Origin: Lineus longissimus
Lineage: Eukaryota
DNA length: 64,000 bases
Assembly: GCF_910592395.1 (NCBI RefSeq)
Contig: NC_088308.1
Location: forward strand, 1,674,001 to 1,738,000
Reading direction: 5' to 3'
Of the stretch, positions 1 to 13,739 are shown piece after piece. The notes beneath the pieces were generated by a model. It did no database searches, was not told the origin of the DNA, and worked only from the letters and a program-made list of their open reading frames with translations. Within the stretch, counting starts at the first letter, position 1. The number at the start of each line of letters is the position of its first letter. The translations under genes were made by a program, and so were the position numbers.

Positions 1-3000
1 TCGCTATAGGTTTCCTCCATTAATTTGAGTGGGAGAAACATTTATGACTTTCTAATATTGTTGACAAACATTTTAAAATTCTTTGTGACTATCTTAGGAC
101 TCATTTTTATCAGTCAAACTTGATGACTTCTCAATTTTGTGGAATCTGAGGCTTAAGGGAGAGAATGAGGCAGTGACAGTAAATGGGAACAGTTGCTAAC
201 TGGTGGTCAATAGGTAAGTATAACCTGGCTGATACATAACACACGCCGCCTCAGAGGTACCAAGTACAGGACAGAGTTTTATAGACACACATCACATGTA
301 AGTTGCCTCAGGCCAGTGTGAATCACAAACATGATTTTAACCTACAACGACATTCTTACCAGGTCAAACAAATATTCAATGCTTTGTAAAACAGACAATG
401 TGATGAATGGTTGAGTGGGGATTTTCACAAAGCATTATGAGAATAATACGCGCCAGAGCTTATAACATAATACGCTCTGGAGCTATTATGTTATTATGTT
501 ATTCTCATAATGCTGGAGTCCCACTGTTGACACCTGCTTGTGCAAACGTGTTGAGCACTAAAATCTGCATAAAAATTCTGTTGTACTTGGCCGATTTTTT
601 TAGGCTAAATTGTTTTATGAATCATCCAGGAGACTTTCTTTCATCAGCAAAGACGATGCTAAGGTCTTGATATATCATGATTCAAAACTGGCAATGGGTC
701 CTCCTTCAGAGCAGAACGAGATACATTATATACAGCCGCTCTGCCTTAGGGTTCAGATATCATGGCAACATCTGTTCATCTTCTGAAAGCCAACCTACAT
801 GTACATGAATGAGGAAGTCGACATCTAGCTGCAACGGTTTCTATGGCAACGAGTGGTACTGGAGGTAGAATCTCAGTGTATCTGCATTTACAGCTGTCTG
901 GATTAGAATCGCTGTTGTAAAGGGATGATTTGCCACTCAAGATAGAACGCAGAACATACTTACCTGATCCTGTAGCGATAGCCAAGACATTAACTATCTC
1001 GAACATTAAACAAAACAATGAGTTTCAAAGGATTGGTCAAAATTCAAAAGTTCAATTAGACTATTAAAGAAACTGCTGAAGGAATTTTCATATGAGGTGA
1101 TCAGAATAGATCAGATGTCTTTGTGGATCTCAACTGACTGGAAAGTTGAGGGAATGCATTTACAGATGCAGAAATCTAGGAATTTTGTGTCTGGAGAATG
1201 CATGCGCTACTCAAATTCTAACGAAGAAATTGAGATCTGAGCACATACACTTTTAAAAGCCATCTTTGTTTTTGCAGTTTAGTTTGCAAGCAGAGTTTGG
1301 CACACAATGTGCATCTTGCATTTAAAAGGGATCAGCCGCGAAAGGGTTTGATGTAGACATGTGCGGCCCTGTCTGCAGATGGCAATCTTTGCTAATAAAC
1401 TCCATGATGTCAATATTTGGTCCATCTCCTTCGTCAATCCAAAGGTTCCACGGCATAAGAACGATGACTGGCGCAAAAACTTGAACGTCATCTGTTGTAC
1501 ACCGCAGTAACTTCATGGTTTCCCTTTTACCTGTAGCAGTTGTGATGAAACTTGTTGTAACTAGCAAAAGTAATCATGCCTCCCCAGGCCGGTCCAAGAG
1601 AGTAGAAAATCTGGAGGCAGGCTTCCGCCCATATCTGCGAGGACGAAAAAGTTGTCACAAAGATGGCATACAGGCAACAGGTTGGTTAGGAGAAAACCCT
1701 GATACCATACCTTGTTAATCGTGAGTAGCTGAAAGAAGGGTTCTTGCTGTTATATCTAGCGTCAACGGAATAGAAACTACCCCCAAAAAGGACAAACTAC
1801 AATGATTTGAAAAAAATTGTTTTCGGTAAAATTTAAGTTTTGCGGTGTTATAGTTTTACTATCTGCCTCCATATGTCCTCCAAATCTAAAATCCTACCAC
1901 TTCAATCCCACACATAACACACGAATGCTTCAAGAACCAAATCAGTCAAATATTTTTACATTCCTTCAGGAAAGTCAGGAAAGTAGCAGAAAAAATCTTA
2001 GGACTCTATAATGCAGGGCCAGGTGCCCATTTCTACAGCTGGAAGTAGTACAAAAAGTATTGAAATTTATGCGAATGATTTTTTTTAGCAAAGAGTTCTT
2101 ACATGGAAAGGTTTTAGGTGTGGAAATTCGAGCAATATTGAGGCAGACAGTCACAACATCAACACTGAAAATTTGTCACCAAAACTTAATGAAACTTTTT
2201 ATATCCCAACCCAACAAATAATTTTGATTTTAGTTTCCTATGACAGCTAGGTACCTCGGAAGGATGCATGGTGCTTGCAACAATGCAAAGCTCCATGATT
2301 CCAGCTAATGAATTATAAATCAGACGGTATTGCCTCGATGAGCTAGAGTAGAGATATTCAGAATAGAATTCAGTAAGCATTGTAAATGCAGACGTTATTC
2401 AATTTTGATTTTCACTGGGTTCGGATGGTCAGAGAATCATCCGGAGACTGCATGATTATTACACTGGACATTCCAGCGGAACAACATGACATGTTGCTAT
2501 TGCATGAAAACAAATCGGAGCAACTGCCTTTCTTATTTGCAACTAGCACTTGGACTAAACCACAAAGTGCATGTTTTCTGGTATTTTTCACTCGATGGAT
2601 AAATGAATCAGGATATGAAGTCCTCTCTGAATGCTAGCAAGAACCCTGTGCACAAAATGCGCAAGTTATCTCCAATTCCAACAAGATAGAAGAAAGTGGG
2701 CAAAATGAAGCCAATCGAAATATTCATAAATATTTTTGAATTCTGTGGTTTGATTATTTCTCAAGCATCATATTCTTCAGAACTCTCACAGCTCGCCAAG
2801 CAGAAATGCAGGGAGAACCATTGCACATCTGGTTGTATGTTTTCTACCTGGCCCGGGTTCCTGGCTCTTGGGTCAGCAGGTTGCAAAACCGATCAATTCA
2901 ATATGGGAAGGAACAGTGTGGATTGATGTACTACCTCCTCTCTCAATACATTTTGGTTTCGAACCTTTCTGTTTTGGTTGACACGCTGGTCATGAGATTT

Positions 3001-5574
3001 TGCTTGAATTTAAATCTATTTTCTCTCCATCCAGAAAGCTTTGAAACCGAGTCAAGCAGATTGGAATGTCTAGTACATTATCTGGCTCCTATTCCCATAC
3101 TGTAAGGTCCGGCCCAGCCAATATTGCCACAGAAGTTTCCAAAATTCCAAAATTATTTCACTTTTGCCCACTCCTCTTCATAGACAGTTGGTGATTTCAA
3201 GCAGAGGTGTCATAGGTCTAAACCGAAGTAAAATGCTGAATGTTGATGTTCACTTCCTTTCAAGCATATTCTACTATATGATCATCACGATCCAGAAATA
3301 TAAAGACAGGGCTTCCGTCTTGGCATGAGGCAGTGTTCTCTCTAGCTTGTAAAAAAGGTTTCCCGACATTCCACCAGGAAGGTCTTCTCACCAAAAGCTC
3401 CTCAGAGCAACTCTCACTCAAGGGCTCTTTATCACTAATACTGGACCTGTCAGAGTGTAGTTCAATTTAAAAAGAAACATCCAGCTCCTGTCACCAATAA
3501 TTTTAGGGTGTTGTGATTTTGATTTCTGTCTGATTTTGAAGCTGAGCATGTCTTCAAGTGCCAAAAAGGCCACTCTCTGACATCATAGGCCCTGGTTTTC
3601 TCTCACATTTAATTTTTCAAAAATGTCAATGGCCTAGTTTGCCTCGCCCCAAAAAGACACTGCCCTGCCTTGAGACGTCATGCACTTGAACATTATAAAA
3701 CAGATTTAGCTGCAACATGTGCAAATGATTTTGTATGTATCAGTTAAAAACGATTCCTGTTATCATCTAAGAAATACCATTGACCGTTCTAAAGAAGAGG
3801 AAAACATCTGGACTGTATGCCAAAGGTTGAATCGTCCTATTCAGAAACACTACGATTTTCATTAAGTTAGCTCTTTTGTACAACACTTGGAAACAAAGTG
3901 AACACCAGCAGTAAACATTTATAAAATGGTTTCTGTACCGGAACCATAAACCACATAGCAAAGTACACTCATATTTTGAAAATCAGACAACTTTCTTTCA
4001 TTCGTTGGATTCAGGAAGAAATGCATACACCTTTTTTTCTAAACTTAAACCTGGCTTGGGCCATAGCCAACAAAAACTATTGCTCTGGCATGCCTGGCTC
4101 CACAGCCCTGAAACACACAAGGATAGGCCCATCCTTTAGGTCAAGGTTGAAGTCACGTTGAGGGGCTTGCAAGCAAAATACAATCTGAACTCTCCACAGG
4201 GCAGTGGATGCAGCTAATTTGCGACTGAAGGGCCATCTGTTCACCAGGATTTGAAGGGCCAGCTGTTCACTCGAGTTTTCAGCTTTCAAATCAACTGCGC
4301 ATCTCTTTCACAGACCTATACACTGCACCAAGGAATGAAAGAAAGTGGCCTAGACTAAATTGTCCTGTTGTTTTACATCAATTAACTTCAACTATGAACA
4401 CCCATGATAAAATTACCAAATGAGTAATACTTCGTTGATACACAGTGCAAATTTTGGGGGCTTGAACAAAAGGCTATTTCAAATTCTTTTTAAAAACCGA
4501 TCAAGAGCAGGTGTGGAGAGTGAAAGAGTTACATATGGCCTCCACTGGCTGAATAAGCGTGGAGAGATCCATGAAATGTGGGTGTGCAACGCATTTGCCT
4601 TTACAACTACTGTACTTTCATCAACATATGGAATCAATATGGAAGAATCTCATTTACATCAATCAGGGGAATGATGTTGATCAATGGCCAATGGTAAACA
4701 CACAGGAGGGAGTGTATGTCATGCAGTGCTGATGCATGGTATCTGGGTGGGACTGGAATCAAGAGTACACGTGAGCCCTTAAGACAATTAAGAGGACTTT
4801 AATTTTTCTTTAACATCTTTAAGGACAGCTTAAAAAAGTCTTTAGGTGAAAAAAATTATCATGTTAAAAAAAGGGAGACCCAAAAGAACCAATACTGCTT
4901 CCATATCACCGAAGTATTACTTTAATTCTGAAACACATGCCTTGGGTATGGAAACCCCTCACAATTAAGACTAGTTAGGTAAGGCCAAAACAGGCTAAAG
5001 TCTATAAAAATGTTGGCATTGTGTGTAACGACACACCCAGGCCTTTCAATTACATTGAGATCTTTAGACCCTCTATCCACCCCCCCCCCAATTTGGGCAC
5101 ACTGACTGTGACTATGGAGGAGCGTCAGGCATAGCCCCAATGCAGGCTTAGTGAGCCTCAGAAGGGGGGGTATGGGGGCCCTCCCCAGAAAAATTTGAAT
5201 GCATGTACATGCGATTTCCTGGCCTCCCATTGTCGATCGATTTTAGGAAAGTTATTTTGTTCTGATTCTGAGTGCCTGTTGCAGGAATTTGTAGAGAGTT
5301 GGAGTTTGGACTAAACTTGAAGTGAACTTGATCAACAATTTTAATGCACAAGGTTAATTTGGGGCATTGAACTTTGGGGCAAACGGTTTGGCCAATTGTC
5401 AAATATCATGAATTCGATAGGCCATACACGGCCCAACTACCATGTAATTGAGAGGCCTGACACCAAACAAATCATCCTCTGACATGATCATGTAAGCTTT
5501 CATGCACAATCCTGGTTTCAAGCACCCTTCCCGGAGGTGAGTGAGTCATGTGCAAATCTGCATTACAATACAAG

Positions 5575-5910
5575 AATGTATGGAATGGAAGTTGTTGAAA
5601 TGTGTATGCAAGAGATCCTATTCCGAGATACCTTAAAGTACATTGTATACATTGACGAGAGAGTGATTGCAATGTAACAACGCAGATGAAAGTCTGTACC
5701 ATTAACATCACACTGGATGTCAATGAAGGAACGTCAGAGCAATGTATGTATGGAATGGAGTGGAAGTTGTTGAAATGTGTACAAGAGATCTGATTCTGAG
5801 ACAACTTGATTGAACCTTGACAATGGAAGAGACTGATTGCAATGTAACAACTCAGATGAAAGTCTGTACCGTTAATATCCCACTTGATGTCAATGAAGGA
5901 ACGTCAGAGC
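5575..5910. repeat. Two diverged tandem copies of a ~170-bp unit
   Basis: Both copies begin aatgta..tggaatgga, contain tgattgcaatgtaacaa..cagatgaaagtctgtacc and end gatgtcaatgaaggaacgtcagagc (5740 and 5910). Confidence 0.85.
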
Positions 5911-6424
5911 TGAGCCAGAGATAACGGCCTACAAATATTGGGCAGCACTGAGGGTCATCGAAAGACTTTCATCCAATGAACATTCAAAGACACTGCGGCA
6001 ATAATACCTTCTTGTTTTTTCGAAAATTCAAAGATCAGTAAACCTTCCTATTTAAGGAACATTATATAGTGTAATAGCTGTGCAGGGAAAATGTAAAAAA
6101 ATTTAAGTGTGGTTTAAAGCGTTGAGATGTTTTTCATTTCACTTTAGGCCTATTTCAATTGAATAAATGAAATACATCTGAAGTCAACATTTGACATCTG
6201 AATTCCAATGAATTTGTAAGCGTTGACTAAATCTATTTGCATATGTTGACTTTACGAGTTAACAACATGAAGGCGTGATCAATTTCACAACATTTCCTTG
6301 AATATCATCGATAGTGGCACAGGACCAGTTTCCAACAGAACCATGAAGAAAACATTTACAAATTTCCTGATTTTGAGGATGAGAAGGATGGGTGATTAGA
6401 TCTATCTTGTTTGGAACTACTTAC

Positions 6425-9400
6425 CCTTAAGTTGAGTAACTTTGAGAAGTCTGGTGTGATGTAATACTTGATACCATCTAGGGCACCAGGCATCATGCAA
6501 CCTCGAATAAGTAAGGCAGTCAGGAATAGGTATGGCACTGTCGCTGTTACATACACAACCTGTAATTATGAAATTATTATCATGATTACATGTAGGGCAA
6601 CCAGTGGATCTGGGCTCTGAATCATCATACAGCCTCGAATATTAAGTGAGGCAGTCAGGAATAAGTATGGCACTGTTGCTGTTACATACACAACCTGTAG
6701 TGTTGAAATTATTCAATGATTACATGTAGGCCAACAGGTGGATCAGAAGTAGCATCTTGTGCATCTGAAATACTCAACAAAATGAAGTTCCAAATACTTT
6801 TTAATTGGAGCTATTGAAAATGTTGGCACTCTGATGATACCCTAATCCGTTTATTCGTACCTTTCCGGTTGATTTGATCCCCTTGAAGAGACAGAAGAAC
6901 AGTATCAACCAGCCACTGATATGACAAACGACAAGCTGCCATCGCAAACCACCAAGGGTATTAATTCCGTCAGACAGCTCCAACACATTGTATCTGCAAG
7001 TGAAAAGAACCAAAACTTGTTCAAAGACCATGAAAAACTAAAGCAAAACAGTCGACCGCAATTGCAGTTTTTTATTCATCAAGTAAAGGAGTAAAAACAT
7101 CTAGACATTAGGACAGGCGGTCTGATTCAGGCCACTTGGCTTGTCACTGTAGACTATAACATGTACATGACATTGCCGATGCATGTTCCCATTTATATTA
7201 TCATTATAGCCTGGCCCTAGGATCGAATGCCAACATGCAGTGTTTGTGCAAACCAAACACAGACGGTGACCAGGAGAAAATGATGACAGCCGATTTCACG
7301 AGAGGTAGAAAATAGGCTGATAGCTTCTGACATGCATTAGAAAGGACAACTTCAAAACAGAATGAGAATGACACAGAGAAAGTAAGTCACTAATCAACTT
7401 ACTGCCAAAATTCCTCCGACGGGGACATCCTCTTCGTGACATTTAGCAGGGTCAAATTTGCATCAATAATGGTATCATTTGGTGGAGGCAACACGGTGCT
7501 ATCGTAATCATACATAGGTTGAGGCTCGGACAAATTGGTGAATTCTGTGTTGTTGTTCAAGCGGGATTTGACGAGGCAGTTCTCAGTGTTCCATGTGTTG
7601 TTGCAAGACGACCACGGTAGTTCTCCTGTGAATCCTTTGAAGGACATGGCCAGGTAGTACAGCACCCATGAGATGATGGTCTGGTAATAAATGGTACACA
7701 ACAAAGAGACCAACACCATACCCCAACCAAGACCTGAAAGTGAACATTTGAGTCTTTTATTTTTAGTGCCTGTAGTAACCAGTAATTTCCACAATGTTAC
7801 TAGCAAAAAACATAGACAATGATAAGAGTACATTTTATAGACTTTCTCTGAGGCTGTGTTTCCTTGGTCTTCCTTGACCTTGCCGTTTATTCACTGTACT
7901 AGCAACGCATTTCACTGTATCAAATCAGAATGTTCATATATGGACAACAAGATTTGTGACAACCCTGTGCAAACCACATTGAAATCGGTCTGGAATTTTG
8001 CGATCACAAATCATAGGTGTTGATATTAATATGAGCTAGACTGTACATCAATAAATTGCTCTCAGCTTTGCCAATGAATTTTACATTTTAGGTGAGACAC
8101 AATAGACCATGTGGATGAATGCATGCACAGTGTTTAACAATATTGATTTTTTGGTGTATGAGGTTTGTTTGTACTGTAGAAATAGAATGCATTAAAATGG
8201 CAACCCTCTGAAAGGACACATTCTGCCTACCTTTAAAAAGAGGACAAATATTCCATACTGTGATTGGCCCAGAACTTGAGAACTGTCCGATGCTCAGTTC
8301 CATGATAAACAGTGGTATGCCACTAACAAACAGGAAGAAGAAGTATGGGATAAGAAAGGCCCCTGAAAATGTAAACAATTTCTCAAAATTAATGGGGATT
8401 TTGCACGACATACCATACCATCACTCCAACTTTTGACATTTTCACATTTCACTGCCTGAAAATGTATCTCCTCATTTCCATTCCAGTTCAGAAGTCTGCA
8501 CCATTGGCACAGTCAGCCAGATTCAGCAATGAATATGTGGACAATCCGACAATAGGGTTCCATTCAAAAACTTTCGAATGACTGACTCATGCAACAATTG
8601 CTTTGATACCGACAAAAGATCACACAGTGAACGATTCGGTTTTAGGATGACCCTCCTGACCTGAAACTTACAGTGAAAGACAGTCACACGGACTAAATTT
8701 TTTGTTAAAACCTGTTACTGTTAGTGTTAATAGTTGTATTCCTTTGGGTACAACCAATTCTTGCTAAAACGTAAGTTAGATTAGAATTCCTCCAAATAAG
8801 TGAGTTTTTTAGACATATTTAGTGACGCACTACACCATCACGGGAGGAGTATAGGCCTAAATCTCAAGAATTGAATCCATGACCGAAGTACACCTTCCAT
8901 CCACAATATCATGGTATAGAGGTATTCTGTGTCGATGTTGGACCCAAGTTTATTAATCGTCACGCCCCCATTTCGCTCGTTGCATTGCGCAAGGTCCAGT
9001 AAGCCCTCTGCCTCTTCTCTGATTATGAAATGACTCATATCATTTTAATATAGGCTAGGCCTATAGGCCACCCCACATTTGTTTTGATAATGAACTGAAG
9101 TTAGCAGACTGGTGGTCAACCCTGGAGTTCGGCTGTCAGGGTTTACGGTAGGCCTATTCACATCTCTGTGACCAGTCACAAATTGATTCTTATTCTGTAG
9201 AGTTTCATTCGGCAGACGTAGTTAGAAACGTAAGTCAAGTCGTTCCTAAACCTCTCTAGTTTTCCGTGTGGCGCATCGTTTCTTTGTTATAATTTTACTT
9301 GTATAAAACAGGCAGAAATGACATGAATAAAACCAATCTCATGAGTTACGGACAAAACAGAATATCGAACGAAACTGAAAACAAATGATAAAAATTATTT

Positions 9401-9666
9401 CATTAGGCCTATGACTTACCGCCACCATTTCTCATACAGAGATAAGGAAATCGCCAGATATTTCCAAGTCCGACCGCAAATCCGACGCAGGAGAGTAAAA
9501 ATTCGAGTTGGCCGCCCCAGTTTCCCCGCTCTGTGTTTTCATCTCCTGATTCCAAAGAACTTGTATCATCTGAACGATCACTCTCCGCAGGATCCATGCC
9601 GACATTGAGCGCTTTTAGCGACTCAGATTCGGTACAGATCGAGTTTTTCTCGGTCCTTGTCTTCAT
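6425..9666 (-). CDS. SLC6 (SNF) Na+/Cl--dependent neurotransmitter/amino-acid transporter, 5' five coding exons; most like the glycine/proline subgroup; 3' half not found in window
   Basis: Exons 9666-9420, 8362-8231, 7733-7403, 6993-6861, 6559-6425, all GT-AG with consistent phases (1,1,2,0). Family motifs: [97 protein letters not shown]. Start ATG at 9666 is only the first in-frame ATG. Confidence 0.93.
6620..6745 (-). pseudogene. Degenerate tandem duplicate of the acceptor and 5' half of SLC6 exon 5
   Basis: Copy starting at 6694 reads [24 protein letters not shown] versus [23 protein letters not shown] from 6559; the upstream intron sequence is also duplicated; read-through reaches TAA before the true exon. 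Confidence 0.8.
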
Positions 9667-9823
9667 TACAGTTTTGCACGATCCGATCGTCGTCCTTCTC
9701 CGAATTCCAATTGCGATTGCTGCGCGTGGTTTGTACGTGGGTGTGCCTGGCAACCAGGTTTAACTGCTATTTACGGAGAGGGGCCAGGTTAAGCAACCAT
9801 GCCAACGTATTCGATTGGTTGAT

Positions 9824-10107
9824 CACAATTCCTGTACTGTGCTTGGCTGATTTATGTTCTAGACCATTATTCCTGGTCAGTGATCGGTTGATTAATGGTC
9901 TAGAACCTTATACTTGTTCTCCTATTAATCAAATTATGTTCTAGCACATAATCAGCATGTCCATTTCGGCCTGCCATTAATCAACCAATCACTGGCCAGG
10001 AGTACTAATGGTCCAGAACATAAATCAGCCAAGCACAGTACAGGAATTGTGTTCTAGACAATTAATCGACCAATCACAGGCCAGGAATAATGGTCTAGAA
10101 CATAAAT
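9824..10107. repeat. Inverted repeat with ~75-bp arms plus a partial third copy; MITE/foldback-like
   Basis: 9824-9898 cacaattcctgtactgtgcttggctgatttatgttc... is the near reverse complement of 9974-10051 ...gaacataaatcagccaagcacagtacaggaattgtg; 10052-10107 repeats part of the right arm. Confidence 0.85.
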
Positions 10108-12324
10108 GGATTCTACGACTCGTGGTCACAGCAAAGCTGATATCAAGTCTTGTATACAAAACTCACTGAGTTTGACTGAGCAACTTGAGCAATCAAGATA
10201 GGTTATAATATTTTATTAGAATAATAATTTATGCATATGATACACAGGAAAATATACAATTCTACATATCTACAGTGGATACAATGACGTTCTGTGTTTG
10301 CTTGAACAATCTGGAAGACATGAACACATGCATCTTATACATAACTTCTAACAGTTCTGTAAAATATCCATCATCCATTCTGGTGAAATCACTGCTTTAT
10401 AGACAATGAAGTGTATGCATAGCTAAAATTTGGTGAATACTTCCTACACAACAACCTCGATCGGATTCCACTTGGATACCAATATCTTTTGCAAGAATAC
10501 CTCACCAGAATAATCTAATCTCTGTACAGTGCCTTCGGGCAAGCCTAGAGCTTGGACAGGACACTGTAATATGTTGTATTTTATTTTATTTTACATGTAT
10601 TAATAACGGTGGTACTTTAACTACAAGTACATTGAACATCTTTGAATAAGTTTTATGCTCTCTATGTGGACTAAAGGACAACAACATTTCGGAAAAAAAT
10701 ATGACCATGTTATTGTTCATAAATTAACAGCAGACATAATGCTATGCAGCCAGAAGTTTTCTTGTGTAAAATAAGATGTGTAGATAAAGTTGGCAAATGA
10801 GCTCATTTTCAAAAGCCAAATACCAAAATTTAATGGTTAATGCATTAGAGATCAAATGTGCCCACTTCAGTTGACAGTGCATTTTAAACATGGCTTAGAC
10901 CTAATTGCTGCACCACAAAATCCCCCCCCCCCAAATTTAAAAGATTTGCTTTGACAATTAACAGAACTCAATCAACAGAGTATTTTTATCAACAAATTGC
11001 ACAAATGCACGAACACTTTTAAACTTACTATAAACTCATATATAGCACGGTGACAGACAGTTAGTTGATGCGTGCACATGGAAACAGACATACTGAAGTA
11101 TGATTTGAAAAAAAAGTCGCATCCAGGCTAGACGAATGTAATTTATACGTTGACTCCTAACAAGTGTCTGTTTTAGAAACTAGAAACAATTCCTTCAATA
11201 GTATAAAAAATTGTCGCCCGGCTGTTGTGCTAAGTGCATAACAATGTCCCTGAAGTGACTTTTGAGTCAACAAACAATCTCAGAACTGAAGAAACGTGAA
11301 CATGTAGAAGGATTTAAAATTGGAAGACAAACTTTATTATTAACTTTGAACTGTTCAGAAAAGGTTCATAAAAGAAACTTCCTTTTTTCACAAGAAAGAC
11401 AGATCATGTAAAGTGTTTGAAAAGCTAAAACTAATAAAGAAATGACGCTATAAAACTATCTGTTTGAGGTCAAATTTGTTGGCCCTAAATTTGAAATCTG
11501 AACATTCATATTGACATGTGTACATTGATATAAAAATAAAATGTATGACAAGTTGCATAACATTGCATGCACAATAAAAAAGTGTAATATGACAATGTGT
11601 AATTGGGGACGGACAGCCACACACATTTTTGTCCCAAACTGGCCCATGACGTAACGAATGGATGGCATAATAAATGGATGCCAGTAGGACATTAGTTAGG
11701 GGCTGTTCATCTAAAAAGTATGCACATTTACAACTTTGCAAACTCCATGGGACGGTATATGATCCGATAAAACATCTAAAGTCAATCACAGGCTGAACAT
11801 GTTGGAGACTCAGAGGATGGCTTGAACAAGATGTCTAATATTTTTCAGTAGCTTGCTCATAGGATGGTGGTGGCGCAGCATTCGGGCTGTAAAATGGCAA
11901 ACAAATGTTATTATATTAGATAGCAAATAACAAAACAATTGATTCAGTGTTCCAACATCACGAGAACACCTGAATGTTATATCACAACAGCTTGTATCTT
12001 TGTGTTTCAACACACATACAGTTAAATCCTCAAATTAGGCAATCCTAGAGGTCAGTTGACACCATCAGGCGACCTCTGTCAGCCATAGTACATGTACTAA
12101 AGAAATCCGTTGTAAATGGATAAAATGTCTACTCAAGGTGAAATTCAAGAAACTTTATTTTTACAGCAGTGGATTCCTCACAAAAGCAGCTTTTGACTGA
12201 TTCCGTCTTGAACCTTTTTGAAGAAGAAGGTTCACAGTTAAATCACAGGTTCTTCTTCAGTCATCAATAGAAGTAAGTGTGGACAAACTTGACGAGGGAC
12301 GACACTACAGAGAGTCCCATTTTA

Positions 12325-13739
12325 CTATTTGAGAAGAATATTTATAAATGGTACCCACTTAGGATTTGCCTCAGGTGGTGCAGAGGGCGGAGGTCCAGGT
12401 TGCGAATACTCTGTGCCAAACCCTGCCCCATACATGTTTCCTTGTGGTGGTACTCCCACAAAAGGTGGTTGGCTGTAGGGACCACCATATGGTGGTTGCT
12501 GGTTCCCAATATATGGTGCTGGTTGCCCATATGGGGCTAACTGAGGTCCAGTTCCGTAGGGAGTTGTCTGAGGCTCTGTTCCATAGGGTGCTGGCTGGGC
12601 ACCAGCGGGCACTGCCCCAGCTAAAACCACTCCTCCACCTGGCCCTTGTACAACAGTCCCTTGCTGAAAACAGAATATACATGTAGTGTTTTGAGACAAT
12701 TTTTTAATTCCAATTCTAAGGGATACCGGTATGCAATCAATGAAGCAAGAAAAATGCTTACTTCATGTTATCTCTACTACTGAGCAACTGGCAAATGTGA
12801 AAACTGTCCACTGCGAAAACATCCTTTGAGGACATAAGTGCTATATTCGATACGTGAACATACTTGTTAATGCGCATGGTGAACTTTTTAACAGCTAATA
12901 AACTCACCGGTCCGTCAGCCTGCCCTGCTTGTTGTTCTTTCGCCTTCTTGCACATCAAAACAACAAGGACAATACCAATTGTGATGATGATCAGTGAAAC
13001 ACACAACAGAATTGGACCAATGATGCCTAGAGCACTGAAAAGCAAAGAAGGAAACAATACAATTACAAAGTGATTATAATTGGAGTGGTTTCTTTTCATG
13101 TTAATGTGCCAACATAGCCATGTTGCTGCTCAGATAGTCAAAATAAATTGCAGTATTCTTCCTCTTTCCCACATTTACCTCACTGTAATAACAATGATTA
13201 TCAAAATCTTAGACTTAGAGACGAAATTAGGCCAATTTCCAATTGCTTATGAATACTTTTATGAAATTGGCAGGGTACAACGTCGAAGAGTGGATCGTTA
13301 AGTTTGATCTTTTAATGAAAATGGCAACATGGGGTCATTGCATCGTTTGTTGCACATATGCAACCAACTCTCTCGTCAGAAGAGCCTGCAAGAAATTGTT
13401 TCCTGTCACGTAAGAATAGCAACAGCCAAAAAATACTTACAATGTGCTTGATTGACCAGAGTTGCCCACTATAGTCAGCGTTACTCCTGGGAAGAAAATG
13501 AACACGCCAAAGAACAACAAAACCACTCCACAAGCTATTCCAGGTGGCATGGACCTCCCACGTCGGTAGTTTCCAAAACGCACATTTCCTGCTGACCACC
13601 CACTGTGGACGGTCCTGTTGTGACCTATCCGTATCCCGTGATGATGATGATGGCGTCTCGTGAAATTGCCGGCCCTGTGATGGTGGTGGAGTCCACCCCG
13701 ACGGCCGTGCCCTGCTCGTCTACCATGTCTTCTTACCAT
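12325..13739 (-). CDS. Small two-TM protein, paralogue 1 (Arg/His/Gly-rich N-terminus, Pro/Gln/Tyr/Gly-rich tail)
   Basis: Exons 13739-13441 (MVRRHGRRAGHGRRGGLHHHHR...IACGVVLLFFGVFIFFPGVTLTIVG), 13034-12908 (ALGIIGPILLCVSLIIITIGIVLVVLMCKK), 12663-12325 (QPAPYG-type repeats). GT-AG, phases 2 and 0. The 3' end is uncertain (a further exon is possible). Confidence 0.82.

Noticed and set aside
776..1018. Minus ORF with a G|gtaagt donor (...AIATGSG) as a later SLC6 exon
   Set aside because: Lacks the TM7 motifs (NxxTSxxAGFxIF).
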